From Mobula hypostoma (taxonomy: Eukaryota): a stretch of 64,000 nt of DNA. Both the position numbers and the translations under genes were made by a program. Each line of letters starts with the position of its first letter. Within the stretch, counting starts at the first letter, position 1. Below the pieces are notes generated by a model. It had not been told where the DNA came from. It saw nothing but the letters and a program-made list of their open reading frames with translations, and did not search any database. The DNA lies in NCBI RefSeq assembly GCF_963921235.1, contig NC_086109.1, positions 33,544,001 to 33,608,000 on the forward strand, in the 5' to 3' direction. Positions 1 to 10,749 of the stretch are shown one piece after another.

Positions 1-830
1 TAATGTCGTCTTGTATTCCAGCATTCTCTCAGACAAATGTGTATTTACTTTTTGTCCTGTTATTGCCTCCCTTCTTCTACAATTATTGGTCTCTGTGTAT
101 TCTCACTTGAATAAAACATTATATTTATATAAAAAGGACAACTCCTTTTTTTTGTTTTATTGGTTTATTAGATATCAAAAAAATCTAATATTATATAGTA
201 GTATCAAATGATTTAGGAAGATGTAATGGAAGAAGAAATGCCAGTTAGGGAATAAAACCGATTTTGACATAATTGCACAGCAGATTATATCTCTGTTTCT
301 GCTACTGTGCTCAAAATGTATATCCTTTCCCCCATTACCACTTTCAATCATCTAGCAATATGCTTGGGAATTATCTTGTTAAGTACCTTGCCTCTCTGTT
401 TCTCATTCCACCCAACGTAACATTCCGTAAATCCCTCCTCTTTGTGATCATCCTTGAGATGATCTCTTTTAACTTAGCAATAACTTTCTGATTACTCTTC
501 TGTATAATTCATTTGACATTGTTTGCCATTTTATAATGGTGCAATATAAAGACAAATTGCATCAAAAATAATTAGCAAGACTGGGTTGATGCAGAGGGGT
601 CCAGTATAAACAGTAACTAAATTTATTGATCATGAAAAGATTCCTTGGATGAAATGAATTGCTTAGCACAATTATATAATCCGGATTTTGATTTTGTTAT
701 AATAAGGCTAAGGGAAGCACTGCTGTGCTGTAATTCCATAAATTGGTATATTGTTCCTGCATGGAAGATGACTTTGAGTTGGATGACTCTCTACAAAAGT
801 AATGCAGTCAATTCTGTTCTCCAGAGAGGA

Positions 831-1040
831 GACACAAGAGACTGCAGATGCTGGAATCTTGAGAAACACATAAAGCAGTAGAGGAACTCAGCAGGTCAGG
901 AAGTATCAATGCATGAAAATGGACAGCTGACATTTTGGGTCAAGACATTTCATCTGTCTCAACCTGAAATGTCAACTGTCCATTTCTCTGCATAGATTCT
1001 GCCTGACCCATTGAGTTCTTCTAGTGCTTATTGTGTTGAA
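831..1040. mobile_element. Short fold-back remnant of Penelope-like element 3' ends (two inverted halves)
   Basis: ACACAAGAGACTGCAGATGCTGGAATC...GAGGAACTCAGCAGGTCAGG is followed by its approximate reverse complement (CTGCCTGACCCATTGAGTTCTTCTAG). The same terminal sequence ends the longer Penelope copies in this window. Confidence 0.7.
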
Positions 1041-1656
1041 TCCTATTCTTCAGCTCTTTCCCAATAGCTCTACAATTTTACTTCCTTTGCTGCCTATGTA
1101 ATTCCTTTTTGAAAATAACGATTGAATCTACTTCCATCACCTCCTCAGGCAGTGAATTCCGGATTAAGACTGCATGTCACACTAGTCCTTTTCCCTATCT
1201 ATTTAAACCCATGATCTTTTGTTCTTCAGCCTTCCACTAAAGAGAGACTGCTTCCACTTCATGCATTTTGCTGTTACTCCAGATACATTTGAACCTAGGC
1301 CTCTGACAAATTTAGTGTTAAAGTTAAAATGAGTGGCCACCCCTATCCTGTTCAGACACTGAGGTGTAAGGACTGTTGTCAGAGTAAATCTTACCTACCA
1401 TGAGATGCTTAGACATATTTTAAAGCCGGTTTTCCATGGTGGTGAGCATTCATTTTTTAAAATGTTCATGCCTGCCTTCTGATTGTACGAAATATAAGAA
1501 GCTTGTATTCATAAGAAGTTTCGAGTTGGTTCCCGTTGTTACATGTTGTTACCAAGTTAGCCCTCCTGAACAGTAGGTGCATTATGGCAATTTACTGACT
1601 CTCAAATGTAAAAAGCTTGAAGTACTGTAGACAAAACTGATGAAAATAGAGAGCCG

Positions 1657-1950
1657 AGCAACACACACAAAATGCTGGAGGAACTCAGCAGGCCAGGCTG
1701 CGTCTATGGAAAAGAGTACAGTTGACATTTTGGGCCAAGACCCTTCAGTAGGACTGGAGACAAAAAAAAAAGATGAGGGGTAGAGTTAAACCTTTTTTGT
1801 TTACAGGTGTTTTTCTCCTGTCCTGCTGAAGGCTATCAGCCAAAACCTCGGCTGTACTCTGCTCCATAGATGCTGCCTGGCCTGCTGAGTTCCTTCAGCA
1901 TTTTGTGTGTGTTGCTTGGATTTCCAGCATTTGCAGATTTTCTCTTGTTA
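1657..1950. mobile_element. Short fold-back Penelope-derived element
   Basis: GCAACACACACAAAATGCTGGAGGAACTCAGCAGGCCAGGC at 1657 is mirrored by GCCTGGCCTGCTGAGTTCCTTCAGCATTTTGTGTGTGTTGC at about 1875-1915. Both arms carry degenerate hammerhead-like cores. Confidence 0.75.
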
Positions 1951-2871
1951 GTAAAAGAGAGCCCATCTATTACTTCAAGATCTAACTGAAATATAGCACT
2001 AAGAAAGGAGGGTGTTATTCAAAATGGATGAATTGGAATCCATGATTAGTTTTTTTTAATTGAGTGCAATCGTGCAATCAAGTCAACTAGTTCCCAAGGA
2101 GAACTTTGATAGGCCAATCAGATGGTTCACTGCTGCTCAGTGATAGAACACAAAAAAATCATATGTACAATTAAGAGACATTAAAAAATAGTAGGAATAC
2201 TGGAGTCATGATGATCATGATTAAGTCTGCTGGAGAGAGACAATTATACACATGCTGTCCTCCATAATTCAAAAAGATTGAAAGATAAGGTTGCAGGGTG
2301 ACAAAACGTGGCAGGAGCACTTGGAACTAAAAACTAATCCCTACCGGGAGAAAACAGCACCAGTTCTTAGATAAATTCAGACAACTTTAAAATTTGAACA
2401 CAGACAAAAATCATACTAACCTCAGATGAATCATTTAATCATGGGATCAAGAGATAATGTGGTTAGTGAAGGGATGAGGCACTGATGGTAAAGATCAGCC
2501 ATGATATCATTAAATGGCAGAGAAGGGACATAGTGTTAACTCCTTTTTGGTGTAATACCCGAAAATGTTCAATTTCAGTCCATTTCATGTAAAAATGACT
2601 TTCAATTGCAAGGTGCCAAAAGCAATTTCATGACATGCTCTCTTCTTATTACCACAACCAGGGAGGAAGCACAGGAGCCTACAGACACACACTCGATATT
2701 TTTGAACAGCTCCTTTTCCTCTGCTTTCACTAATCTCTGCACCCAAGGACCTGTTGTTGTGACAGCAGCCCAGCTGTGTGGCAAGGCGCTAGCCCCACAA
2801 CAGAGCTCTGAGATGGGGCCAAGCCCAGCCACGTCTCCACGACTGAGAAAATCCAGTAGCAACATGCAATC

Positions 2872-5800
2872 TGTATTGTACCAGAGTGATTTGCTAATAA
2901 TTTTTGTGCAGCATTATGCCAACAGAGCCCGAGTCCTTGACAAACTGCAGACTAATAGCTGCATTACTGGAAGAATGCCAAATACACTGATTAAGGTCAT
3001 AAGATATAGGAGGAGAATTTAGCTATTTGGCCCATCGAGTCTGTTCCACCAATTCATCGTGGTTGATTCATTTTCCTCTCAGCCCCAATCTCCTGCCGTC
3101 TCCCTGTATCCATTCGTGCCCTGACCAATCAAGAATCTATCAAACTCTGCTTTAAAAATACCCACCGACTTGGCCTCCACAGCCACCTGTGATAACAAAT
3201 TCTACAAATTCACCACTCTCTCACTAAAGAAATTCCTTCTCACCTCTATTGTGAGGCTCTGTCCTCTGGGCTTAGACTCCCCCACCATTAGAAACATCCT
3301 CTCCACATCCACTCTATTGAGACCTTTCATCATTTGATAGGTCTCAATGAGATCACCCCTCATTCTTCTGAATTCCAGTGAGAACAGGCTCAGAGCTGTC
3401 AAATGCTCCTCATACCATAAATCTTTCAATCCAGGAATCATTTTAGCAAACCTCCTCTGAAGTTACTCCAACGTCAGAACATCCTTTCTTAGATAAGGGG
3501 ACCAAAACTCGTCATAGCACTGAAGAGAGGAGAACTTCCAGTAATAGACTAAGACAACTGTGCTGCTCCAAAGAGCGCTATATGAGGTCATTCTTACCCT
3601 CAGCCATTAGGCTCTATAATGAGTCAACCTATAGCCAGGGAAGTGATGATCCCTTCCTGATAGACTGTTTGAGGTAACTTATTATTATTTCTTACTTCTC
3701 TTCTAATATTTGTATATATGTGCACTTGTAATTCCCTGCAACACTGTAATTCCCTTTGGTCTGTGCAGCCTTACCAGTGCCTTATAAGCCTTAGCTTTCA
3801 TATTCTAGTCTTCTTGAACCTAATGCTAACATTGCATTTGCCATCCTTACCACAGACTCAACTTGAAAATCAGCCTTTAAGGAATCTCACGAGGACTTCC
3901 AAGTCCCTTTGTACCTCAGAATTTTAAATTTTCGCTCCGTTTAGAAAATAGTCTATGCTTTTACTTCTTTTACCAAAGTGCAAGACCATACACTTCACAA
4001 CACTGTATTCCATCTGCCACTTCTTTGCCCATTCTCTTAATCTGTCTGTTTTTTTCCATAGATACTGCCTGTTGTGCTAGGTTCCTCCAGCATTTTGTAT
4101 GTGTTGCTAAGTCCTTCTGTAGCCTTTGCTCCCTCAAAACTATCTGGCCCTCCACCTATCTTTGTTTCGTTCATAACCTTAGTCACAAAGTCATCGATTT
4201 CATCATCCAAATCATTGACATATACTGTAAAAAGAAGTGATCCCAACACAGACCCCTGTCACCATCGCCAACCAGGACCAGGAAAGGCTCATTTTATTCC
4301 CAGTCTTTGACTCCTGCCAATCAGCCAAAACTCTATCCAGGTTAGCATCTTTCCTGTAATACCATTGGCTCTTGTTAAGCAGCATATTGTCAAAGTGCTT
4401 CTGAAAATCCAAGTATACAACATCCACCAATTCTTCTTGTCTATCTTGCTTGTTATTTTTTCAATGTATTCCAACAGGTTGTCAGGAAAGGTCTTCCCAT
4501 AAGGACTTAGGCCTATTTTATTATGCTCCTTTGTCTTGTGATCTTGTGATATTATGTGCCATCAAGTACCCTGAAACCACATCCCTAACAATCGGCGCCA
4601 ACACCTTCCCAACCACTGAGGTCAGATGAACTGGCCTATAATTTTCTTTCTTCTGTCTCTCTCCCTACTTGGAGAGTGGAGTGGCATTTTTGGAATTTTT
4701 CAGTCTGCTGGAACCAAGCCAGAATATATTGATTCTTGATAGATCATTTATAATGCCTTCACAGTCTCTTCAGTCATCTCTTTCAGAAGCCTGGTGTGCA
4801 GACCATCTGATCCAGGTGACTATCTACCTTCAGACTCTTCTGCTGCCTGACACTCAAATTTCCGCCTATTTCTGGTGTCTTCCGCAGTGAAGACTGATGC
4901 AAGATACTTATTCAGTTCATCTGCCATTTCCTTGTCCCTCATTACAACCTCTTCACCATCATACCTGGTGGTCTCACCTCTCTTTTACACTTTATAAATC
5001 TGAAAAACTTTTGGTATCCTATTTAGTATTATTGGCCAGCTTACCTTCATGTTCCATCTTTTTCTTCTTTATTACATCTAGTGGCTTTCTGTTGTTTTTT
5101 TAAAAGCCTCCCAATCCTCTAATTTCTCATAATTTTGCTCTATTATACACCCTCTTTGGGTTTTGTATTCGCTTTGACTTCTATTGTCAGCCACAGTTGC
5201 ATCATTCTGCCTTTAGAATACTTATTTGTCTTTGGGATGTATCTAAACTGCACCTTCCAAATTGCTGCCAGAAACTCCAGCCAATGCTACTTTGCAGTCA
5301 TCCCTGTTCATGTTCCCTTCCAATCGATTTTGGCCAGTTCCTCTTATATGCCTCAAAAATTCCCTTTATTTCACTGTAATACTGATAGATCTGTCTTTAG
5401 CTTCTCCTCAAATACCATATTTTGATCACTCCTCCAAGGGTTCCTTTATCTTAGTCCTTCTAATCAATTCTGTTCATTGCACTGCACCCAATCCAGAATA
5501 CTGATCCCCAAGTGGGCTCAGCCATGCACTCCTCTAAAAAGCCATCTCGTAGGCATTCTACAAATTATCCCTCTTGGGATTCAGCACCAGACTGATTTTC
5601 CCAATCTACCTGCATATTGAAATCCCTCATGACTATCTCAACATTGTCCTTTCTATTTCCAGTTGTAATTTGTAGACCATATCTTTGCAACTGTTCGTCA
5701 GTCTGTGTATAACTCCCATCAGGATCTATGCAACATTCTGATTGCTTGACAAACTGCAAACCAGCAGAAGCATTACTGGAAGAATGCCAAATATACTGGC

Positions 5801-6011
5801 CAAGTATCTTGCCAAGCAGACAAACAGCATACACCCTGCCCTTAAACTTGTGTATTATGGAATGACTATGCTGTCTGTTTTTTTGAAGCTATCACCCACT
5901 CTTATGCAGTGCTAGTCTTTCCTTGTTGCAAATAAAATAAATGTGCTTATGATTGATCCACTCTGTGTTAGTCTCTGCTTGTTGTAAGACGCAGTGAAAA
6001 GGTACTCAACA
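2872..6011 (+). repeat. ERV 5' LTR, split by a CR1 insertion (pieces 2872-2995 and 5727-6011)
   Basis: Starts TGTATTGTACCAGA and ends AAAAGGTACTCAACA. Aligns by eye with 10351-10671 (shared GCATTACTGGAAG, TACACCCTG, GAAGCTATCACC, GTGCTAGTCTT, ATGATTGATCCACTCTG, CTGCTTGTTGTAAG). AATAAA at about 5931. Confidence 0.8.
2996..5726 (-). mobile_element. CR1-clade LINE, degenerate ORF2 (APE end to RT to 3' tail), with small Rex1 and Penelope fragments inside
   Basis: Minus-strand ORF pieces VDVVYLDFQK, LLFTVYVNDLDD, LFSLEFRRMRGDLIETY and DFNMQVDWENQ. The CR1 3' terminus lies at about 3000-3050. Confidence 0.9.
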
Positions 6012-6016
6012 GAACT

Positions 6017-6034
6017 TGGAATTCCCTCTGAGAT
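6017..6034 (+). promoter_or_regulatory. Putative primer-binding site (degenerate, tRNA-Gln-like)
   Basis: TGGAATTCCCTCTGAGAT starts 5 nt after the LTR end. It matches 13/18 to TGGAGGTTCCACCGAGAT, the recalled complement of the vertebrate tRNA-Gln 3' end. Confidence 0.5.
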
Positions 6035-6439
6035 CACATGTTTGGGTGCAGGAACAAACCAAAGGGGATTTTTGTGACCACCCGTTCCCGGGGAAATTCC
6101 AGCAGAGAAGTGATCACCAAAAATGTAAGTTTGCATTTTTGCCCTGTGTGAGTAGCAAATACCAGACTCTTCCTGTTTCCATTCTATACACTGCAATCTG
6201 TGCTACGGTCAATTGAGTGGACCAGTTTCTCTCTCCATGATTCCAATGCTTTCAGCACGGCGACCAGAAACATATGGTTATCAATGATTAAAGCTGAGCG
6301 AAAAGAGTGTCAAGGAAAAAAAGAGTAAATAAGTGGGAAACTGGGTTCATAAATTTAATCCCTACCGAATGTGGTAGTGAATGAAGCAAAGAGGAAATAC
6401 GGTAAGTAGGGTGAGGATGAGAGACCAGAAATTAGTAAT

Positions 6440-7150
6440 AATGGGTCAAGGGGAGCCCTTCCCCATCACAAACAGGGGGACACCAGCATGGTGTATGTTT
6501 AACAATTATTGGAAGGGATCTGTAGAAGGATTGCAGATAGGGAACCAAGGGGTATATATCGAACTTGGACAGTAGGAGAATTACAGGCCGTGGCAGTCGA
6601 ACTGCCTGACCAGGAGACAAGTTTGGAAAAAGCTATTGAGAAACTTAAAACTATAGTTTTGTGTCACCAACCTAGAATTCTGGAATTGGAACCCTTATTG
6701 AGGGCATTGTTAGACCTCAAATTTGAATTCTATCAGGTTAATGATCACTGTAATGGTGCCAGGCCAGGACCTACTCCCATGCTGAATGAAGATTTTTAAA
6801 AAAGTATGTATGATGCATTACACGCCGCCTTTCCTAAAAAAAAAAGGCTATTTGGACTAAGATTAAGGAGATAACAAGACCTGAGTCTCTGTAGAACTGG
6901 AGTTCCCATCCTGGGGCCCACAGACCCCTTGCTTAATGGTCCATGGCAGAAAAAAGTTTGGGAACCCTTGCTGAAGAAGAATATATACTGAAAATAGTAC
7001 AGAAAATGGAAGAATATTCAGGACTGCCGAAAGAGCAGGCTATGGGACCTACAATTATTATTATTATCGCAAATGGTCTTCGGCCCGAACTGTCCCAAAA
7101 TCAGACCTAGTGGAGGTTAGCATAGGAAACCAGGATTTACATCAGACTTC
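6440..7150 (+). pseudogene. ERV gag remnant (frameshifted)
   Basis: MGQG myristoylation-type start followed by GTPAWCMFNNYW. Its position downstream of the LTR/PBS leader fits gag. Confidence 0.55.
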
Positions 7151-7151
7151 G

Positions 7152-8329
7152 CAAACACGAGGAAATCTGCAGACGCTGGAATTTCAAGCAACACACATAA
7201 AAATTGCTGGTGAACGCAGCAGGCCAGGCAGCATTTCTAGGAAGAGGTACAGTCAACGTTTTGGGCTGAGACCCTTTGTCACGACTAACTGAAAGAAGAG
7301 ATAGTAAGAGATTTGAAAGTGAGAGGGGGAGGGGGAGATCCAAAATGACAGGAGAAGACAGGAGAGGGAGGGATGGAGCCAAGAGCTGGAAAGTTGATTG
7401 GCAAAAGGGGATATGAGAGGATCATGGGATGGGAGGCCCAGGGAGAAAGAAAGGGGGAGGGGTGAAGCCCAGAGGATGGGCAAGGAGTATAGTGAGAGGG
7501 AAAGAGGGAGAAAAAGGAGAGAGAGAAAAAAAGAATATATATATAATAAATAAATAACCGATGGGGTACGAAGGGGAGGTGGGGCATTAACGGAAGTTAG
7601 AGAAGTCAATGTTCATGCCATCAGGTTGGAGGCTACCCAGATGGAATGTAAGGTGTTGTTCCTCCAACCTGAGTGTGGCTTCATCTTGACAGTAGAGGAG
7701 GCCGTGGAAAGACATATCAGAATGGGAATGGGACGTGGAATTAAAATGTGTGGCCACTGGGAGATCCTGCTTTCTCTGGTGGACAGAGTGTAGGTGTTCA
7801 GCGAAACGGTCTCCCAGCTTGCGTTGGGTCTCGCCAATTTATAGAAGGCCGCATCAGGGGCACCGGATGCAGTATATCACCCCAGCCGACTCACAGGTGA
7901 AGTGTCGCCTCACCTGGAAGGACTGTCTGGAGCCCTGAAAGGTGGTGAGGGAGGAAGTGTAAGGGCATGTGTAGCACTTGTTCTGCTTACAAGGATAAGT
8001 GCCAGGAGGGAGATAAATGAGAAGGGATGGGGGGACGAATGGACAAGGGAGTCACGTAGGGAGTGATCCCTGCGGAAAGCAGAGGGGGAGGGGAGGGAAA
8101 GATGTGCTTAGTGGTGGGATCCCGTTGGAGGTGGCAGAAGTTACGGAGAATAATATGTTGGACCTGGATACGGAGAATAATGCGTTGGTCCCTTCCTCCA
8201 CCATCAATTCTGCTCTCAAACACATCTCTCCCATTTCACACACAGCACATCTGCTCTCACCCCATCCTCCCGCCACCCCACTAGGAATAGGGTTGCCCTT
8301 GTCCTCACCTACCACCCCACCAGCCTTCC
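7152..8329 (-). mobile_element. Penelope-like element, 5'-truncated, with an inverted 5' segment (8190-8329)
   Basis: 7152-8168 is the reverse complement of the GIY-YIG-coding and 3' region seen at 46055-47017. 8190-8329 is the immediately upstream part of the element in the opposite orientation. Confidence 0.92.
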
Positions 8330-8335
8330 ATCATT

Positions 8336-8806
8336 TTAATGGTAAGATTTCTGGTAATGTGCATGGCTACCAGGTCCACCAAATTTCTTGGCGTCACAAC
8401 GACGAGGATCAGCAACCAGCAGAGTCCTGTCATACTGTACGAGGATGTCCTTGATCTCCTTCTTGGATGCTTCTTCTACATATTTCTGGTAGTAAGCCAC
8501 CAATGCTTTAGAAATGGATTGATGGATAGCATAGATTTGAGCTACGTGACCACCACCCTTCACACGAACTCTGACGTCGACACCAGCAGATCTTTCTTTG
8601 CCCAACAGCAGAAGTGGTTCCAGCAGCTTGTACTGTAAAGTCTTTGGCTCAATCTTTTCCAGAGGCCAGCCGTTCACCTTGATGAAGCCATTTCCTCTTT
8701 TGCAATGGGCAACAGCAGTTGTTGTTTTCTCTTGCCCAAAAGCCTGAACAGATTGCAAAGGCCCTTTCACAGGCATGTTCCTGGCAGAACGGCAGCAGCT
8801 AGAAAG
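8336..8806 (-). pseudogene. RPS16: Processed pseudogene of 40S ribosomal protein S16 (uS9); open 146-aa ORF at 8336-8776 plus a 30-nt 5'UTR
   Basis: Intronless [14 protein letters not shown]...[12 protein letters not shown]...[16 protein letters not shown]...YQKSY is collinear with vertebrate RPS16. The leader starts with the pyrimidine tract CTTTCT (5'TOP). Conserved Arg residues are changed to Q/W/H (CpG decay), including the terminal Arg. Confidence 0.96.
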
Positions 8807-8810
8807 CTAA

Positions 8811-9015
8811 TGTATTTTACAAAATCCAGGGAAAGTAGTGAAGGTGGAAGAATCTCATACACCACCATCTGATGGACCACGTGTGCATTTACAGATGGGT
8901 TTGATAGAATTACCTCTGTGTGAAGGATATAAATGTGTATTGGTCATTATTGATGTTTTTCATGATGGGTTGAAACATTTCCTTGTGAGAAAGAATGGTG
9001 CAGTTACAGTATATA
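8811..9015 (+). pseudogene. ERV integrase fragment
   Basis: NPGKVVKVEESHTPPSDGPRVHLQMGLIELPLCEGYKCVLVIIDVF resembles the retroviral IN core start GPFxHLQxDFIELP..GYKYVLVIxDVFSxWVEAFP. Confidence 0.85.
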
Positions 9016-9489
9016 AACAGGGGAGTGGGTATGACTGGAAGAATTGGCTCAGCCCATGATTGAATGATGGAGCAGACTCGATGGGCTGAATGGTCTACTT
9101 CTGCTCCTATATCTTATGGTCTTATGATATCATCCCTTGGAAACTGTCCTGTGCAGTGGCCGAGGATGTTGATCGGGGAACGTGTCACTGCAACTAGAAG
9201 ATCAAGGCCCCTATCTGTGGAGCAGTGAAGGAGCATATACAGAATGGACAGATTTCAATCCTCCCTGTCTGTTGAAAAGCAGTCATTGGGCATGTAGTTA
9301 TCAGGCCTACCCCTGCCTAGCGGCCATATCCCCCGAGTAACAGGGGAATGGAGAGAACCATAGCATTGAAGTGATGCTGTTATCTTGCCTACCTAGATCT
9401 CCACATGCAACTCCTGGCATCACTACATCACCCTCCTCTGGTCTGGCGGCACCAGAGGCCGAGATTCCAGGATATGGGACTGCGAGATT

Positions 9490-9755
9490 AATATGGTATC
9501 AGCTTTGGAGAAAATAGTGAATAGGTCCGTTTATGCCTTTGATCAAACCCAACAAGTGTTAACCAAGTCGTTGGCAGAACTGATGGCTGTTGACACAGTA
9601 GCATTATAGAACAGAATTATTTTGGATTTTATTCCATCAGTAAAGGGGGCACTTGTGTTGCTGTACCTGACGAATTAGAAAATATAACTCACTTGGCAAA
9701 TCACGTCCGAGAAGCTACGAAAGAGATTAGGGAAGTGAGGGATCAGTGTTACAAC
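9490..9755 (+). pseudogene. ERV env transmembrane-subunit remnant with immunosuppressive-domain motif
   Basis: Hand translation from 9541 gives DQTQQVLTKSLAELMAVDTVAL*NRIILDFI, then GGTC after a frameshift. This matches the gamma-type TM heptad repeat plus the LQNRxxLDxL..GGxC motif, with CAG>TAG at 9607. Confidence 0.8.
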
Positions 9756-10345
9756 AGACTTGACTGGAAAACTAAACCAAGACTGTTTACAAGAAGGGAG
9801 TGAGCAGATCCTATTTTCTAAGGAAGCTGAGATCATTCAACATGTGCAGCAGGATGTCGGAGATCTTTTACCAGTCTGCTGTAGTGAATGCAGTCTTCTT
9901 TGCAGGAAGCAGCATCAGCACTGGTGATGCAAAAAGACTTAATAAACTCACCAAAAAGGCTGGATCTGTCCTGGGCTACAACCCGGACTCTTTTGAGTTG
10001 GTGGTGGAGCGGAGGTCACTCAACAAACTGTTATCCATTATGGACTATCTCGCACATGATCTACTGAATAAGCAGCACAGCACCCTTTCAAGCAGGCTCA
10101 TTCAGCTCCACCGTCACAAGGATCGTTACAGAAAATCTTTGCTACCAAATACAATAATCATATACAACAGAAAACAGGAGAACATGCATCATAGTACAAT
10201 TGTCTCTGCTTTATTATTCTGTACATTATTATTGTACAATGGTAAATCATTATTGTGTATTTTATTATTCTGTACTTTATTATTAGTTAAGTCTGCACAC
10301 TGCTAGGTGTGTTTTGGGTAAGGCTTTGGAACTGCATCATTGATT
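9755..10345 (+). mobile_element. Rex1/Babar-type LINE 3' fragment inserted in env
   Basis: ORF 9800-10306 (YFLRKLRSFNMCSRM..IFYQS...RLNKLTKKAGSVLG) is homologous to 33959-34444. Confidence 0.85.
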
Positions 10346-10350
10346 TACAT

Positions 10351-10671
10351 TGTGTTGTAGCAGACTGTTTTACTAATAAAGGTTTGTGCAACATTATGCT
10401 GATGGAACCTGAGTCCTTGACAGACTGCAGACCATCAGATGCATTACTGGAAGGATGCTAAATACTACTGATTCAGCAGGTAACCAGAATACACCCTGTC
10501 CTTGAACTTCTGTTTAAATGAGTGACTAAGCTGTCCGTTTTTACGAAGCTATCACCGGTTCCTGTGTGGTGCTAGTCTTCCCTTACTGCAGGTAAGGTAA
10601 ACACGCTCATGATTGATCCACTCTGAGTTAACTCCTGCTTGTTGTAAGTCTTAGCAAAAAGGTGATCGACA
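10351..10671 (+). repeat. ERV 3' LTR
   Basis: TGTGTTGTAGCAGA...AAAAGGTGATCGACA, homologous to 2872-2995 plus 5727-6011. Confidence 0.8.
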
Positions 10672-10749
10672 CCATCTTCTCCCTGGACACCCACTCTTAC
10701 CTACATCGGCACCTACCTCCCCACTGCTTTGCCCTTCCACCACTAGACT

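Larger units (their letters stand above)
2872..10671 (+). mobile_element. Decayed endogenous retrovirus (LTR-gag-[pol deleted]-IN-env-LTR) with multiple nested insertions
   Basis: Related LTRs at both ends (TG...CA), flanks CAATC/CCATC (4/5 TSD match), PBS-like site at 6017, MGQG gag start at 6440, integrase motif at 8838 and env TM motif at 9541. Confidence 0.8.

Noticed and set aside
2602..3022. Overlapping 87-aa and 138-aa ORFs as a possible host exon
   Set aside because: They span a Rex1-like tail fragment (about 2635-2725), the ERV LTR start and the CR1 tail, and show no recognisable domain.
8336..8776. Functional RPS16 gene
   Set aside because: No introns, embedded in an ERV, 3'UTR absent, and conserved arginines lost in a CpG-decay pattern.
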